Assembly: GCA_028534125.1 (NCBI GenBank)
Contig: CM052817.1
Span: forward strand, 31,994,001-32,058,000
DNA from: Lama glama
Lineage: Eukaryota
DNA: 64,000 nt
Direction of reading: 5' to 3'
The position numbers and the translations under genes were made by a program. Shown here piece after piece: positions 1 to 12,070 of the stretch (position 1 is the stretch's first letter; every line of letters starts with the position of its first letter). The notes beneath the pieces were generated by a model, which did not search any database, was not told the origin of the DNA, and was given only the letters and a program-made list of their open reading frames with translations.

Positions 1-309
1 AAGAAAAAATCCGATAAAAGCTGTCAACCAAAATCTCTTTCCCTAGGCCTTTATTAGTCTGAATGAGAAGGAGACAAATGAAAAAAGAAATAGTAATTTG
101 TTTTTATAAAGAAACTTCAAAAAATATTTCCTGGGTCTCTATAGAGGAAGAAGTCCTTCATGTTCTGTAACTCAATGTGTTTCTTTGTAAAAAAAAAAAA
201 AAAAAAACTGACATTCACTGAGAATTCTATCTAGTAGAATATTCTATCACTGAATATTCTACTTACTGAGGCAGGAAAAAAAAGATACTAATATATTTTT
301 TAAAAGATT

Positions 310-865
310 TCCAACTCTCTCCTGCTTAAAACCCTTTAAAGATTCTCAAGGCATGTATTAAATATAGTCCAAGCATCTCAGCAAAATATACAAGTCCCTT
401 TATAATCTGACTCTAGGCTGCCTCTCAGATTTCTTCTCTGGCCACTGCTTCATTTGATATTTCAAATGGCTGCTCTTTGGATGTCAATGATCCTGCTCTT
501 TCAAGTTTCAGTGCTTTGGGGCATGTGGTTCCCTTTGTCTAGAATAGCCCTCCCCTCCATGTTTACCTGGAGGACTCTACAATCTGCCCATTAAAACCCA
601 AAGAAGATTTATCTTTTTTGCAAAGCCTTCTCTGATTGGACCTCCTTCCCTGATTTAGCATTTTTCTACCACATATACATGTTTTCCTGATTACAAGTAT
701 CATGCTAAAGACAGAAATTAAGTGATTCTTTTTCTGTCTCTTGCACTAATCTGGTTTGTTTTCAAAGAGCAAGGGCCATGCTTATGCATCTTTGCATCAG
801 CATCACTTAGGATGATGCCTGACATACTGAAAGCTTTCAATAAATGCATGTCAAATTAAATGAGC
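310..865 (+). mobile_element. LINE-2 3' fragment
   Basis: ctcctgcttaaaaccctt...tgcctgacata...tcaataaatgcatg...aatgag. Confidence 0.6.
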
Positions 866-2510
866 AAAGCTGAAACAAAACAGTTAATCTACAGTGTGAA
901 AATCTAATTAACCAGAATACTATTCTAGGAATATTCTGATTACTTAAGATTTTATTGTAAATCTATCTTATCAACTAGTCTAAATCACTGGTTCCCAGAC
1001 TTCTTAATTTCATGGACTGGTAAAATTTGCAAGGAATTTTTGGGAACTGACATAGGCTTAACAACTTTTTATTTTGCCAAGTAAAGGTATATAAGTAAAT
1101 ACAAATAAATCCTCTATCTAGTTTCCCCATTATTTCATTAAATAAGATTTTTAAAACCAAAAATTGGGAGGGTTATAATTTCAGAATGACAGTTCTTCAA
1201 ATTAATTTCACATTATAAAGAACTTGCCCAAACCTCCATTGAGTCTAAGATACTCATTGTGCTTCACATTACTTGATCTGATGCTTTCTTTCATCTATTT
1301 TTAAAAGATATTAAGAAATGAAAATATTCCTAGGGTATTTTCCCCTCTACAATGTTTATGATGGGAAGAGAAACTATTTGGCTTTTTGTTAATTTTCACT
1401 CTACCCATGAGTAAATGTTAGTCATCACTAATTGACTTGCTAGCTTCCTGCCAGAATATTTGTGGAGAAATTCTTATTTCTCCACAAATGTAGGCCCTTA
1501 GAAAATGCTTCCCGAATTCCTTTTTGCATCTATCATATCTTACAGAGTTTCTCTCTTTCTTTTGGGAAGCTTACCACTCTTTAAAAACCATTGTTTCGTC
1601 CTTAGAAAGTTCCCCTTTGTCAATGAGTCAAACAATAAAAATTCATGTGCTCTTTAAAAAGTTTCTTTATCTGTATAACACATATGTTTCTGAGCTTCCA
1701 AAAATTTAGGTTAAGTGCCTGATAACCATCAATGGATATCATAGTATCTATCCTGTGTCACAGTTATCATAAGGATAATATGAGCCTTATAAAAGCATGT
1801 GGAGAAATGTTGGTGTTATGTTAATGCAAATATTATATGTATATTATTTATATATAGCTACTTTTTTAAATCATGCAAACATAATCAGATATAAATCCTT
1901 TATGATGGGATAGCTCATAATGGCTAAGCATCCCATAGAAGAATTCTGATTCCATGGTAAAGGTCTAGAAATACTATGCTCTAAACTGGGTCAAATAATT
2001 GATTTCTTGTTTCATGGAACACACAATTAATGTATATGAGATCATCTTCCATTAATAAAATACTATATTTGTTTTGCCTTACTTCAAATTCTATACCTAT
2101 TTTAGATCACTTAGGAGCTTTATGTTTTAATACTACTTTTATTAATTGGGATACCTTTATCAGTAAGATCTTAACTTTATCCAAAATATCCTACTGGTGC
2201 TATGTTAGTATTCTGCCTTTTTTCTTTCCTTCTATCATTACAATGGGACTTCCATTCTAAACAGATTCACTGTGTGAAAATGTGAATTTAAAGAAGAGAT
2301 AAATCAAGGATTAAGTACTGACTTTATAAGTAAATTACTCTGAGAGAAGTTCTAGGCTATTATTCAACTTAAATCTATTTCCACTCACAAACAACTCAGA
2401 ACTAAAGGCATAACATCTATGTTCAGTACAATCCCCTTTGTCTACTCTATCACTAAAAATGTCTTTAAATTAAGCAACCAAGAGCATATACAGAGGTTAC
2501 TTTTCAGATT

Positions 2511-2648
2511 AAATTTTTTTTTAATTTTTTGAGGGGGGAGGTAATTAGGTTTATTTATTTATTTACTTAATGGAGACACTGGGGATTGAACCCAGGACCT
2601 CATGCATGCTAAGCATGTGCTCTACCAATTGAGCTACACCCTCCCCCC
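2511..2648 (-). mobile_element. tRNA-derived SINE (camelid vic-1-like)
   Basis: Minus-strand head GGGGAGGGTGTAGCTCAATTGGTAGAGC...GGTTCAATCCCC (A/B boxes), tail AAATAAACCTAATTACCTCCCC, A-run. Confidence 0.88.
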
Positions 2649-3255
2649 TAAATTTTTAAATTGTTTAATGGACTGAACAGTTCATCTGTCCCTACTGGGA
2701 TGATTATCCAGTACTATGGTGAAATCACTTTGAAACTACCTTAAAACCTTGTTGGATTTTAATGTGTATTTTAAAGTGTTGCTTGTGTAAATAAGAACTT
2801 TTAAACTTTTAAAGTCCCTTTAAAAGAAAACATAAAACAGTTTTAATCCATCCCCAGTTTATGAGTTGGAGGAAAGTTGGTGGGAAAAAAAATGTGGGCA
2901 CTGTATTTAAAGTCATTGCTACCACCTATCAACTCGTTATCTCATTTGGGAAAGGAATTCATGAATTATCTATATAACTTGGAAATGTGATTGGGGGTAA
3001 AAAGAGTTACATGATCATACTACTGGCAAAAGAGTTTACCATATGACTGACTGCCTTCGGAGACTTCTGTCTGTTGATAGAAAAGCAGAAAAACAAAGGA
3101 CAAAGGAGAGTCTCTTTAATTAATCCTTCCAACTAAGCAAAACAAATAGATCACTTGTTTCAGCAACAGAAGCAAACTGTTAACAATTGAGAAAAGCCAC
3201 CTGCAGGTGCTTCTGAACACAAAGTGCCCCAGAGCCTAGAATTACTATTGCTTAA

Positions 3256-3585
3256 AAGGGTCGGCAAACTTTTTCCATTAAGGGCCAGATAGTAAATATT
3301 TTTGGCTTTACGGGCAGTATGGGCTCTGTCACAACTACTCAACTGTGTTGCAGCAGCACAAAAGTGGCCACAGAGAATACATACATGAATATGAAGGGCT
3401 ATGTTTCAATAAAACTTTATTTATGGACACTGAAATGGAATTTATTTATCTTTATGTGTCAAGATATATCACTCTTTTTATTTTTTCCCAACCATTTCAA
3501 AATATAAAAAACATTCTTGGCTTGCAGGCCATGCAAAAAGAGACAGTGGGATAGATCTGCCTGTGGGCAGTAGAGCTGACGCCTG
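3256..3585. mobile_element. hAT-Charlie MITE (MER58-like)
   Basis: gggtcggcaaacttt...aagggccagatagtaaatatttt...gctgacgcctg, with degenerate terminal inverted repeats. Confidence 0.8.
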
Positions 3586-3595
3586 ATCTAACATA

Positions 3596-4150
3596 AACCT
3601 AATTCATTAAAAATATTGTAAAGTACCTGGTATGTGTCAGGTACTATGTTAGGCCTGGGGATTATCATGGCTAACAAGATAGACATGGTCCCTGTCCTCA
3701 TGGAGCTTATGATATAATAATCACACAAATATATAATCAGAAACTGTAATTAGTGGTCATGAAGGAAAAGTCCAGGGTGCTTCAAGCTATGACTTGTAAT
3801 CTGGACTAGGAGGTCAGAGAAGGCTTTACTTTTGACAAGGACTGAAAATGAGTATGACTTGACATGGTGTAGTTGGGGGGTGGGGAAAAAGAAAATATTT
3901 CAGGCAGAAGGCACAGCATGTAGGGCACCTTGATGGCACTGAAAAATCTGTGTGCCTGGAAAATACAAAGTAAAAGGAAGAGAGACAAAGAGTTAAATTG
4001 GAGAAATAGGTAAAAGGATGCAGGGCATAGGAGGTCTTTATTCAGACCTAGAAAACCTTGAAGGCTTTAAGTCAAAGCTATGGCATGGTCAGATTTGCAC
4101 TTTTAAAAGACCACTAGCTATACTGTGGAGATTACATTAGGGGAGGGGAA
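3596..4150 (-). mobile_element. LINE-2 3' fragment
   Basis: attcattaaaaatatt...tatgtgtcaggtact...gacatggtccctgtcctcatggagctta. Confidence 0.65.
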
Positions 4151-5867
4151 ATCGTGGTGACTGTGATGGTCAAAGGCTTCCAGGCCCTAGACTCAAGGCC
4201 CTAGAACGAGACATGAATATTTTACCTATGCCAGTATGTTCTCAAAACCTTACATGAATTAATAAACCGAATTTCATAACAACCCCATAAGTGGACATTA
4301 TTACCTTTTCTTTATGACTTAACTACAGGCTGCCTATCAATTGTCCCCTTGCTGCTGCCCCGGTTGCCTCTGGTTTACAGAATCATGGGAAGGAATTGCA
4401 GGAGAAAGGTAAGAATGAGGAGGAAAGAAGGGGCAGATAGAAATAAAGGTGTGTTTTATGGGATCATAACCTTGGCTTAGACTCTAGTCTCTTCCCTAAG
4501 AGATTGCATTGCTTACTGGGAATGAGACCCAAATTCAACGAGGTGACTGCCTTGGGTATCCGTGGAAGCCCCTGTGAGAATACTCATTGCTACAAAAATA
4601 TATGCAGTGCAATGTCTGGTACATACCTTAACTAAAGCAAACAAACAAAACTTCTTTATCTAAAATTCAAATCCATCTAGGCATCCGGTATTTTATCTCT
4701 CAAGCCTATACTAAAGAAACAAACACGTTCCCTCCCATTTAACCAATATGTCATTTGGAGACACCTGGCCTCTTAAGATTTAGAAATCAGCCTGAACACC
4801 TTTAACTCATCCAAAAGCCTTCCCAAGGGCTTTATGAATTACCAGGGCAGAGGTGTGAGATGGAGGATTACGTTATCGCCTTTGCCTCCAGGCTCATTCT
4901 TTCGCCTTAAAGACTCACTTCCAATCTCTTCCAATACCAAGAAAACCAACAGCGTTCGGAAACACTGTGACAGTGATAGATTTCACTGGAGAGCTGGGAG
5001 TGAGCAGTCCCATCAGACACCGACTCGAAAATATTTCAAAGTAGTATTTTATTATACTCTCTTCTGTAGCGTCCTTTCAGCCACCTACCACCAGTGGCTG
5101 AAATGATCTGCCCTCTGCCATGATCCTTGGGTCATGATAACCCTCTTAAAACGCCCTTTTCCCTCCTCTCAGTAGCCAAGAATTTCTCTCCTCCTAGCCA
5201 GCAAATTCCCAAAGCAGTTTTGACTCCTCTCTAAAGCTTTGTCACCAGCCGAATGAAACCCAAGACCTCAGGATCTCAATCACTTCTTGAGGTGTTTTTC
5301 CAAAAGAAAGTTTGAAATTCTCTCTAAGAATTCTGATGCCAGCATTTGAGACAATAATCACTTTTTCTTAAGTTGCTATATCACTTTTTGCCAGCATTTG
5401 GGAAAAAGAAAGATATCTCTTTTGGTTGAATTCAGTGGGACCCATTTTTTCCAGTTACATCATCATTTTCTTAGTGAAGTTCAACTACTTTTTGCCCTGT
5501 AACTAGGCACATCAAAAGTTCAGGAAAAACCATGTGGGTAGGATTTTAGATTCCATTATAAATTCCCACCATACCCTCCTCCATTCTGCCTTTAAATCTG
5601 ATTAAAAACTAAAGCTGATTACTTTTTCCAAGGTAAAGGAAGAAGATTTTGGTAAACATACCACAATTTGCCATTGTGACAATAGCAAAATGCTGGAAGC
5701 ATTACCTGATTTATTTTAAAAAAAAAGAATGCAAGGTACTATTAGGTAAACTCTCAGGTAAGAGTGAGGAGAAAAGAGGAGGCAGAAAGATATGAAAAAA
5801 GTAGGCTCTGTGGAACCACGGCCCTATAGGCTCAGGCCTACTCCATTATATTTTCCAAGGCTTATCT

Positions 5868-5957
5868 TCTCCCATCCAACTACTAACCAGGCCCGACCCT
5901 GCTTAGCTTCTGAAATCTGACAAGATTGGGCTCGTTCAGGGTGGCATGGCCATAGAC
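5868..5957 (-). pseudogene. 5S rRNA retropseudogene, 3'-truncated (about nt 1-90)
   Basis: Reverse complement reads GTCTATGGCCATGCCACCCTGAACGAGCCCAATCTTGTCAGATTTCAGAAGCTAAGCAGGGTCGGGCCTGGTTAGTAGTTGGATGGGAGA, matching vertebrate 5S with mostly CpG-decay changes; flanked by ccaaggcttatct / tcaaggtttatct. Confidence 0.93.
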
Positions 5958-8274
5958 TCAAGGTTTATCTCCTCAATTTAGCTTTACTTGCCTATTTTCC
6001 AGGTGGTTCTTAGATACTGCATAAAACACATAAAGATATATAGACATAGTAATCCTGCTAGCCAATAGTAAAACACAAAGATATATGAATACATATTCCT
6101 GTGAGGTCATCTATAGCAAAATGAAACAGGGAATTTGGTCAATCGCACTGATACATTTAAAAATACGTTTGCCACAATTGTGTCTTTTTTTTTGAAAAAG
6201 TACCTGAATAAAAGCATTAATGTTTTATTGTTTTTCTGCAAGTATAAATTTAGCCTGAATGTTAGTGTATTGATAACTGGCATAGATTAGGCTAATTATT
6301 AATTATGTAAAGGACAAGCAGGTTAGTAATGTAGTGGTCACCCTGGTAATGTGATAATAGAGAAGCAGAGGCTCAAATTCAAGTAGCAAAACAATATGCA
6401 ATTGATTTGTCATTGTTTTCAGGATGTTTACCACCCCAGAAAATGTTCATCTTCTACATATAATAAAAGTACCAACACAGTGAATAGTTTTACAAAACAA
6501 CTGAAAAAAATAAAATCTTATTTTAGTAAACTACTCTTTTAACACAGAAAGAAGTCCATAATAACTGAACAAATTGTCCTTCAAAGAGACATCTTACCTT
6601 TAGGGAATTATGTTTCCTTTTACTCAATCAATGAAGCAATGTACAACTTTATCTGTGTGGGTTTTATTCCCTTCAGGAAAATCCTCCACTTTTCATATGT
6701 CAGTACTTTGGTAGGTCACATTCTCCATAAGACAAGCTTAACAAACCATCTGATGGCTGTTATGAAATCCCACTCAACACAATTTAGTATTTTGGATCTA
6801 TTTATAGAAGTCCTGTTATGTGAACATTTTCAGTCTGTACGATGCCAGCCTGGTAATTTTCATGTAAGAAAACAATTTGTTCTGGTCTCCAAAATGGCAC
6901 TGATATCAAAAGTGTCCTTCACTTTGGAGAACTTGTAACTGAAGAACCCTCAGCAAAAGCAGTAAAAATGGTGGCGATAGTGTCTGAAGTGGCAGTGCTC
7001 ATGGAGAGGTCTTCCTGGCTAGCATAATGGAGTCAGCAGTCATTGTTGAGTGATGGTGACAGACAGCATCTGGCCTACAAGTTCGTTTCTTTCCTGACAC
7101 CGAGACCCCGCCAGCCTCAAGGAATCCAAGTGGTTGTTTTTAACAGCAATTCCATTACAGTTCCCAACCTATTTTTCTATTTTTCTAGCACCATCTCCCA
7201 CTAATTCTTAATCTTTGGATCAAATTGGTCTATATTGCTATTTGCCCAGATTCCTTCCTTGCCCTTGCCTACATCACAGAGAAAGCTTTCAGAAGAGCAG
7301 GGTCCAAGAAGGTTAACCGAGGAATCAGGAGAGGAGTATTTAATCATGCCGGCATTGACAACAGCTGAGCTAGAGAAGCCGGACTGCAGCCCCTCTGAAT
7401 TGCCCTAGGAAACCTACAGATGAATCTGAAGAGGGTGAAAATAAGACAGACAACAGAGTGGTTAAGACCTCTTAGCTTATTCAAAACCCACGAACAGACA
7501 AGTCAAGTGGGCCACAAACTATTGTCAGTGTTTGGAGACTACACTGAAGTGTCCTTAAGGAATCTGGAAATGAGAGGAGTCTAAAGGTCATCTTGGAGTT
7601 CATTGGAAAACCAACACACAATGATTCAGAGAGAAGAATTCCAAAGTCATCATAGAGAGAATGGCTCCCAACCCTACAATACTTGTCTGAAGAGGATAAA
7701 TGCCCCATTATATCTAAAAAGGGTCCATCAGAATGGGGGTGGTTATCCAAAGAAATGGTTGTAGACTTTTGAGGAAAAAACCAAAGCAAAGCCTTGCGTT
7801 GATAAACTACCTCTTCTGCACGTTTAAGTTTTGAGTCAAAAGCATCTTACCCATAAGTATAAATGTAATATACATCATTATGACAATAATATTGCTGTGG
7901 GATAATAAGCCATTTATAAATGTTGTATACAACTTTAGGGTTTGCATTTAATCCCAAAGCATTCACCTCCTTTCACATCTATTTACACTACATTCCTATT
8001 TACTAAATGGGGAGGGGGTTTCTTTATACAGAGCTTTGTCATGAATAATACTTGTTGTTTCTGGGACATTCTTTTTGTGCACTAAAAATAATTCAAAAAT
8101 AAAAAAAAAATTAGGAGAATCACAGTAAACTGGGCAGCCTTCACCCAAACCCTTATGAAGGGAGAATGCCACGATTGAAGGAGTCAATCTGTCAATCCCA
8201 GTGGCAGGAACACTATTATTACATGTGCTCTACATGTCAACTTACTGACTTCTTAAAAATACTGTGGAGTGCTG

Positions 8275-8840
8275 TACTGGTCAAGGTTTTTTTGCTGCAA
8301 ATGGCAGAAACCCACCCTAACTAACTTGAGCAAGAAGAGGCACTTTATGCGAGAACACAGAGCTGTCTCCAGAAACGGTAAAGCCACTGAGCTTCTGAAG
8401 GACCTGGAAAAGGGAGCTGGCAGGCACTGCCCCCGGGCTCTCCCTCTGGTGCCCACGGTCCCAGTTCCTTCTTCTCTAGGCAAGTCTGCTTCATTCCCCT
8501 CTCCCTTTCTCTGCAGGACAGCCTCAACTAGCTCTGATAGCACAGGACGGGCATTATTACTCTGCAGCAGGGCCTCCTGTCCCATGTTTACATCACTTCC
8601 TTCAAGAAAATAGACCAATCTGGATAGGATCTCTGGGTCTAAACTGCAAGTTCCTGAGAGAAACAATCTGATTAGCCACACCTAAATAAGAAGCCCATCC
8701 CTTGTTCATTTCCTACTGGGCAGTGGCATAGGACCACACTATAAAACATGGATACGAGAGGCCCACAGTCATGGAAGGAGGGAGGGAGGGAAGGAAAATG
8801 GCTATTCTCATAGGGAGTAAACCAGTGTGACCTGTGAAGA
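8275..8840 (-). mobile_element. Old MaLR LTR (MLT1K/L-like)
   Basis: ggtcaagg...tgcaaatggcagaaacccaccctaactaacttgagc pattern. Confidence 0.5.
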
Positions 8841-8869
8841 CATCCCGAAAGACATCTTCTACAGGTAGG

Positions 8870-9010
8870 AACCATTATTATCCCCATTTTACAGATGAGG
8901 AAATTAAGGTGTTCAGAGCTTAAGTAACTTGCCCAAGGTCACAGAGCTAGTCAATGGCAGACTCAGGATCTGAAGTCAAGTCTGTCTGAGTCTTAATCAC
9001 TATGTTGCAA
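8870..9010 (-). mobile_element. MIR SINE (similar copies near 13825, 14400, 26800, 29850, 30990, 33360, 43230, 55600)
   Basis: MIR core ccccattttacagatgaggaaa...aagtaacttgcccaaggtcacagagctag. Confidence 0.8.
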
Positions 9011-10129
9011 TGCGTCTCCAACCCCTGTTCACCAAGTAACCTTATTTGGTACAGCTTCTTATGAGGGTCTGTCTGCAGGCATGTACTGATTATACAGACT
9101 TCATATATTCCAATTCTTATGATGATTATAGTTCTCATCATAAACTAATAAACTGACATTCTGGTTCTTCCATCATTATTATGAGCTTGGGTAATGTTAG
9201 TTCAGGTCTAAGAAATGGATTTACTCCTAGCATGTTGACAACTTTGGTTTTTAGAGCCTATAAGGCTAAGGCTGAGCCCCTCAACTATGATGGCTACAAT
9301 GATTGTAAATCTCACCATTCACGTAATTCATGCTCTTAGGAAACTTCTTAAGGGACCATTGCTGGCCTTTCTGTCATGACAACCCTTTTCTTACCACATG
9401 AAACATTATGAATTCCACAAAGATCAGGGCTTTTCCTCTATTAGACTCTAACAACAACAACAACAACAAAATGCTAGGTTTCTGTCTGCAAACTGAGCAA
9501 TTACTATTTTCCATTCGTCCATGCATTCCAAAATTATTAACACCAATTATGTGCCAAGCAATGTGCTAGCAAATAACATGGGTGCTGTCTTTGCCCTCAG
9601 GCTCCTTGGAGTGTAGACTAGCTTAGACTCTGAGGCAAGTAAAATTTCTAACAGATTTTGAGAGGAGAATGAGAATGAAGGGAAAAGAGAAGAAAGTGGA
9701 AAAGAGATGTGTAGGCCTTTTCCCACAGAAGAAATGAAGGAAGAGGAAGTAGAAAAGAAGATTCTTATTCAAAAATAACCCAGAGGTAGATTTCATGAGG
9801 GCTTATTGATATATTAATCATGAAAGCAATGCCTTCCATCTCACATCCCACTGGATAAAAAGAAGTACACTGTGACATAAATAACTCGAATCAAGGCAGT
9901 CTTGGCTGAAGAGCAGCTAGCCTCTGCAATAGCCAAAGTAGCAAATGATTATAAACTTTCTGACATGTCCATGGGGTTCACTGCCTCATCAACTATCAAT
10001 CCACAAACATATATAAGATTGTAAATGCAATTGGATTCAACTGATAGATCCATCTGAGCCCTAACACATTTAATTAACCACAACACTGCTAAATTTTTGT
10101 CTATCCTAGAAGCAAGATTCTCTATAAGC

Positions 10130-12070
10130 TGTACTTTTCCCCATGGCAGGAACAAGCTTGGCACGTTCAAAGAAAAGGAAGAAGTCCAAGCTGCTAAATC
10201 GGAGTGAAGGAGAGGGAGAAACACAGGTGAGGTCAGAGAGGTGGGCCAGGTCATTAGGGCCTTGTAAACATGGGTAAAGACTGGGTTTGTATTCTAAACA
10301 CAATGGGAAACCATTGTAGGGCTTTACTCTGATGAGTGACATTATCTGATTTTTCTGGATTCTATGTAAAGAATGAGTTTTGTGAGGGCAAGAATTGAAC
10401 CAGAGAGACTTGTTAGAGGAATACCGCAAAAGACTGGAAAAGAGACTATGTTAACTTAGACTTGAGTGGTCACAATGCAGGTGGTGAGATTTCAGTGAAT
10501 CCTGGATGTATTATGATGATAGAGCTGACAGTATATGCTGATGAACTGAATATAAGGGAATTTAGAAAGGAGTCTAGGATGATCCTCAGATCAGTGGGGT
10601 GATAGTTGAGTGCCAAATATTGAGAAGGGGAACACATGGAAAGGAGCAGGTCTGGGGAAGGAAACCAAGAGTTGAAGTTGGAGATAATGAGTCACCATGA
10701 AAGTCATGCAAGGGAAATTATCAAGGAGGAGCTGAGATATGAGTCTGGAGCTCAGGGTTAGGACTGGAGAGATAAACTGGGAGGCTTCAGTGTATAGAGA
10801 GTACTTAAGGCCATGGGACTAAAGCATCTAGGAAATGGGTATAAATAAGCATAAATAAAGAAAAGGCCAATGACTGAGCCTTGATAAACTCCAATATTTA
10901 CCAGTCTTAGAGGCAGTGGTCAGTGAAGCAGGAGAGGCAGGAAGAAGATGTGATCTGAAAGCCAAGTGAAGAAATGTTTAAAGAGGGGATGATCACCAAT
11001 TCAAATGCTATTAAGAGGCCAAGCAAGATAAGAACTGAGACATGACCCCTGGATTTGGCAAGTTAGAGGTTATCATCTGATCTTGACAAGTGTAAATGCT
11101 GGAAACGAGTGAGCTGAGTTGAAAATACGAGGTGACAAAGTGGAGACATTAATAATAGACAATTTGGAATGGACTACTGCAGTAGAAAGGAGTAGGAAAA
11201 TGTGATATTAGCTGAGAGGGGCAAGGACACTAGAGAGAATTTATATCCTGCTTGCATGGTGATGGAAATGATCAAGGCGAGAAGGAAAAATCATGGATGC
11301 AAGACAGAGAGAAGCCATTGCTAGAATGAAAGTGTTGATGGGTCAGAAGCACAGGATTAGGTGTGCATGTGGAAATGTTGGCTTCAGATGGTTATGCAGG
11401 ATAACAGAAAGGAAGGCAAGGTACATAGGTGCAGATGCTGGCAGACATAGATCTAATGAAGGGAAAAATGATGTGGCTGTCTTCCCATTCCTTCTATTTT
11501 CTCAGTCAAATTAGAAGAGTGCTCATTATTTAAGAATAAGAAGTGGGTGTTTGAAGATAGAGGGGAAGCTATGAAGTAATTTTTGAGGAAAGTGGAAATG
11601 ACCAGGGAAACGTAGCAAGACTACTGAAGAGGGTAAGGCTGACTTGAAATTTATGGGTAAAGATTTTTTGAAGTAAGAGCAGTCAACATGGTTGCATACT
11701 GCTCTCTAGCCATGTTCAACTGCTCAGCGCTGATGTGAAGCAGATAAAGAACTCGGTATAAGACAGGGCTGGGTTTTTCTAGTGAGTAAGATGGAAAGTG
11801 GGAGGGGCAAGGCAGTTGTAGGTGTATGCAATGGAGTGACTGGTTACATAAGCCACAAAAACAAAAAAGACAATAACACAAGAGGAAGAATAGACAGTAA
11901 AGAAGTGGTAGGTCACTAGATTGGCTACTCCAGAAGGGTTGATTAGGGATGGTAGTGGCAGTAGACAGAAAGTTTAGAGATGATTGATCAGACGAGCATG
12001 GAATGCTGGAAATCAAGATTTTGAGAGGTGATATAGTGATGTGGTAAGAAGTTCTCTAAGGCATATAACC
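10130..12070 (-). mobile_element. LINE-2 fragment
   Basis: Purine-rich L2 motifs: gggccaggtcattagggccttgtaaacatggg, gagtctggagctcagg, ctggatttggcaagttagaggt. Confidence 0.75.

Noticed and set aside
5868..5957. Functional 5S rRNA gene
   Set aside because: Single copy, missing about 30 nt at the 3' end, CpG-decayed, flanked by a TSD.
7480..7800. Possible processed pseudogene in non-repeat-looking sequence
   Set aside because: The plus-strand frames I tried close quickly, the 102-aa minus ORF matches nothing I recognise, and there is no poly(A) or TSD.
8253..8681. Longest ORF in the track (142 aa) and the overlapping 114-aa ORF
   Set aside because: Lie within an old MaLR-like LTR; no recognisable domain or splice support.
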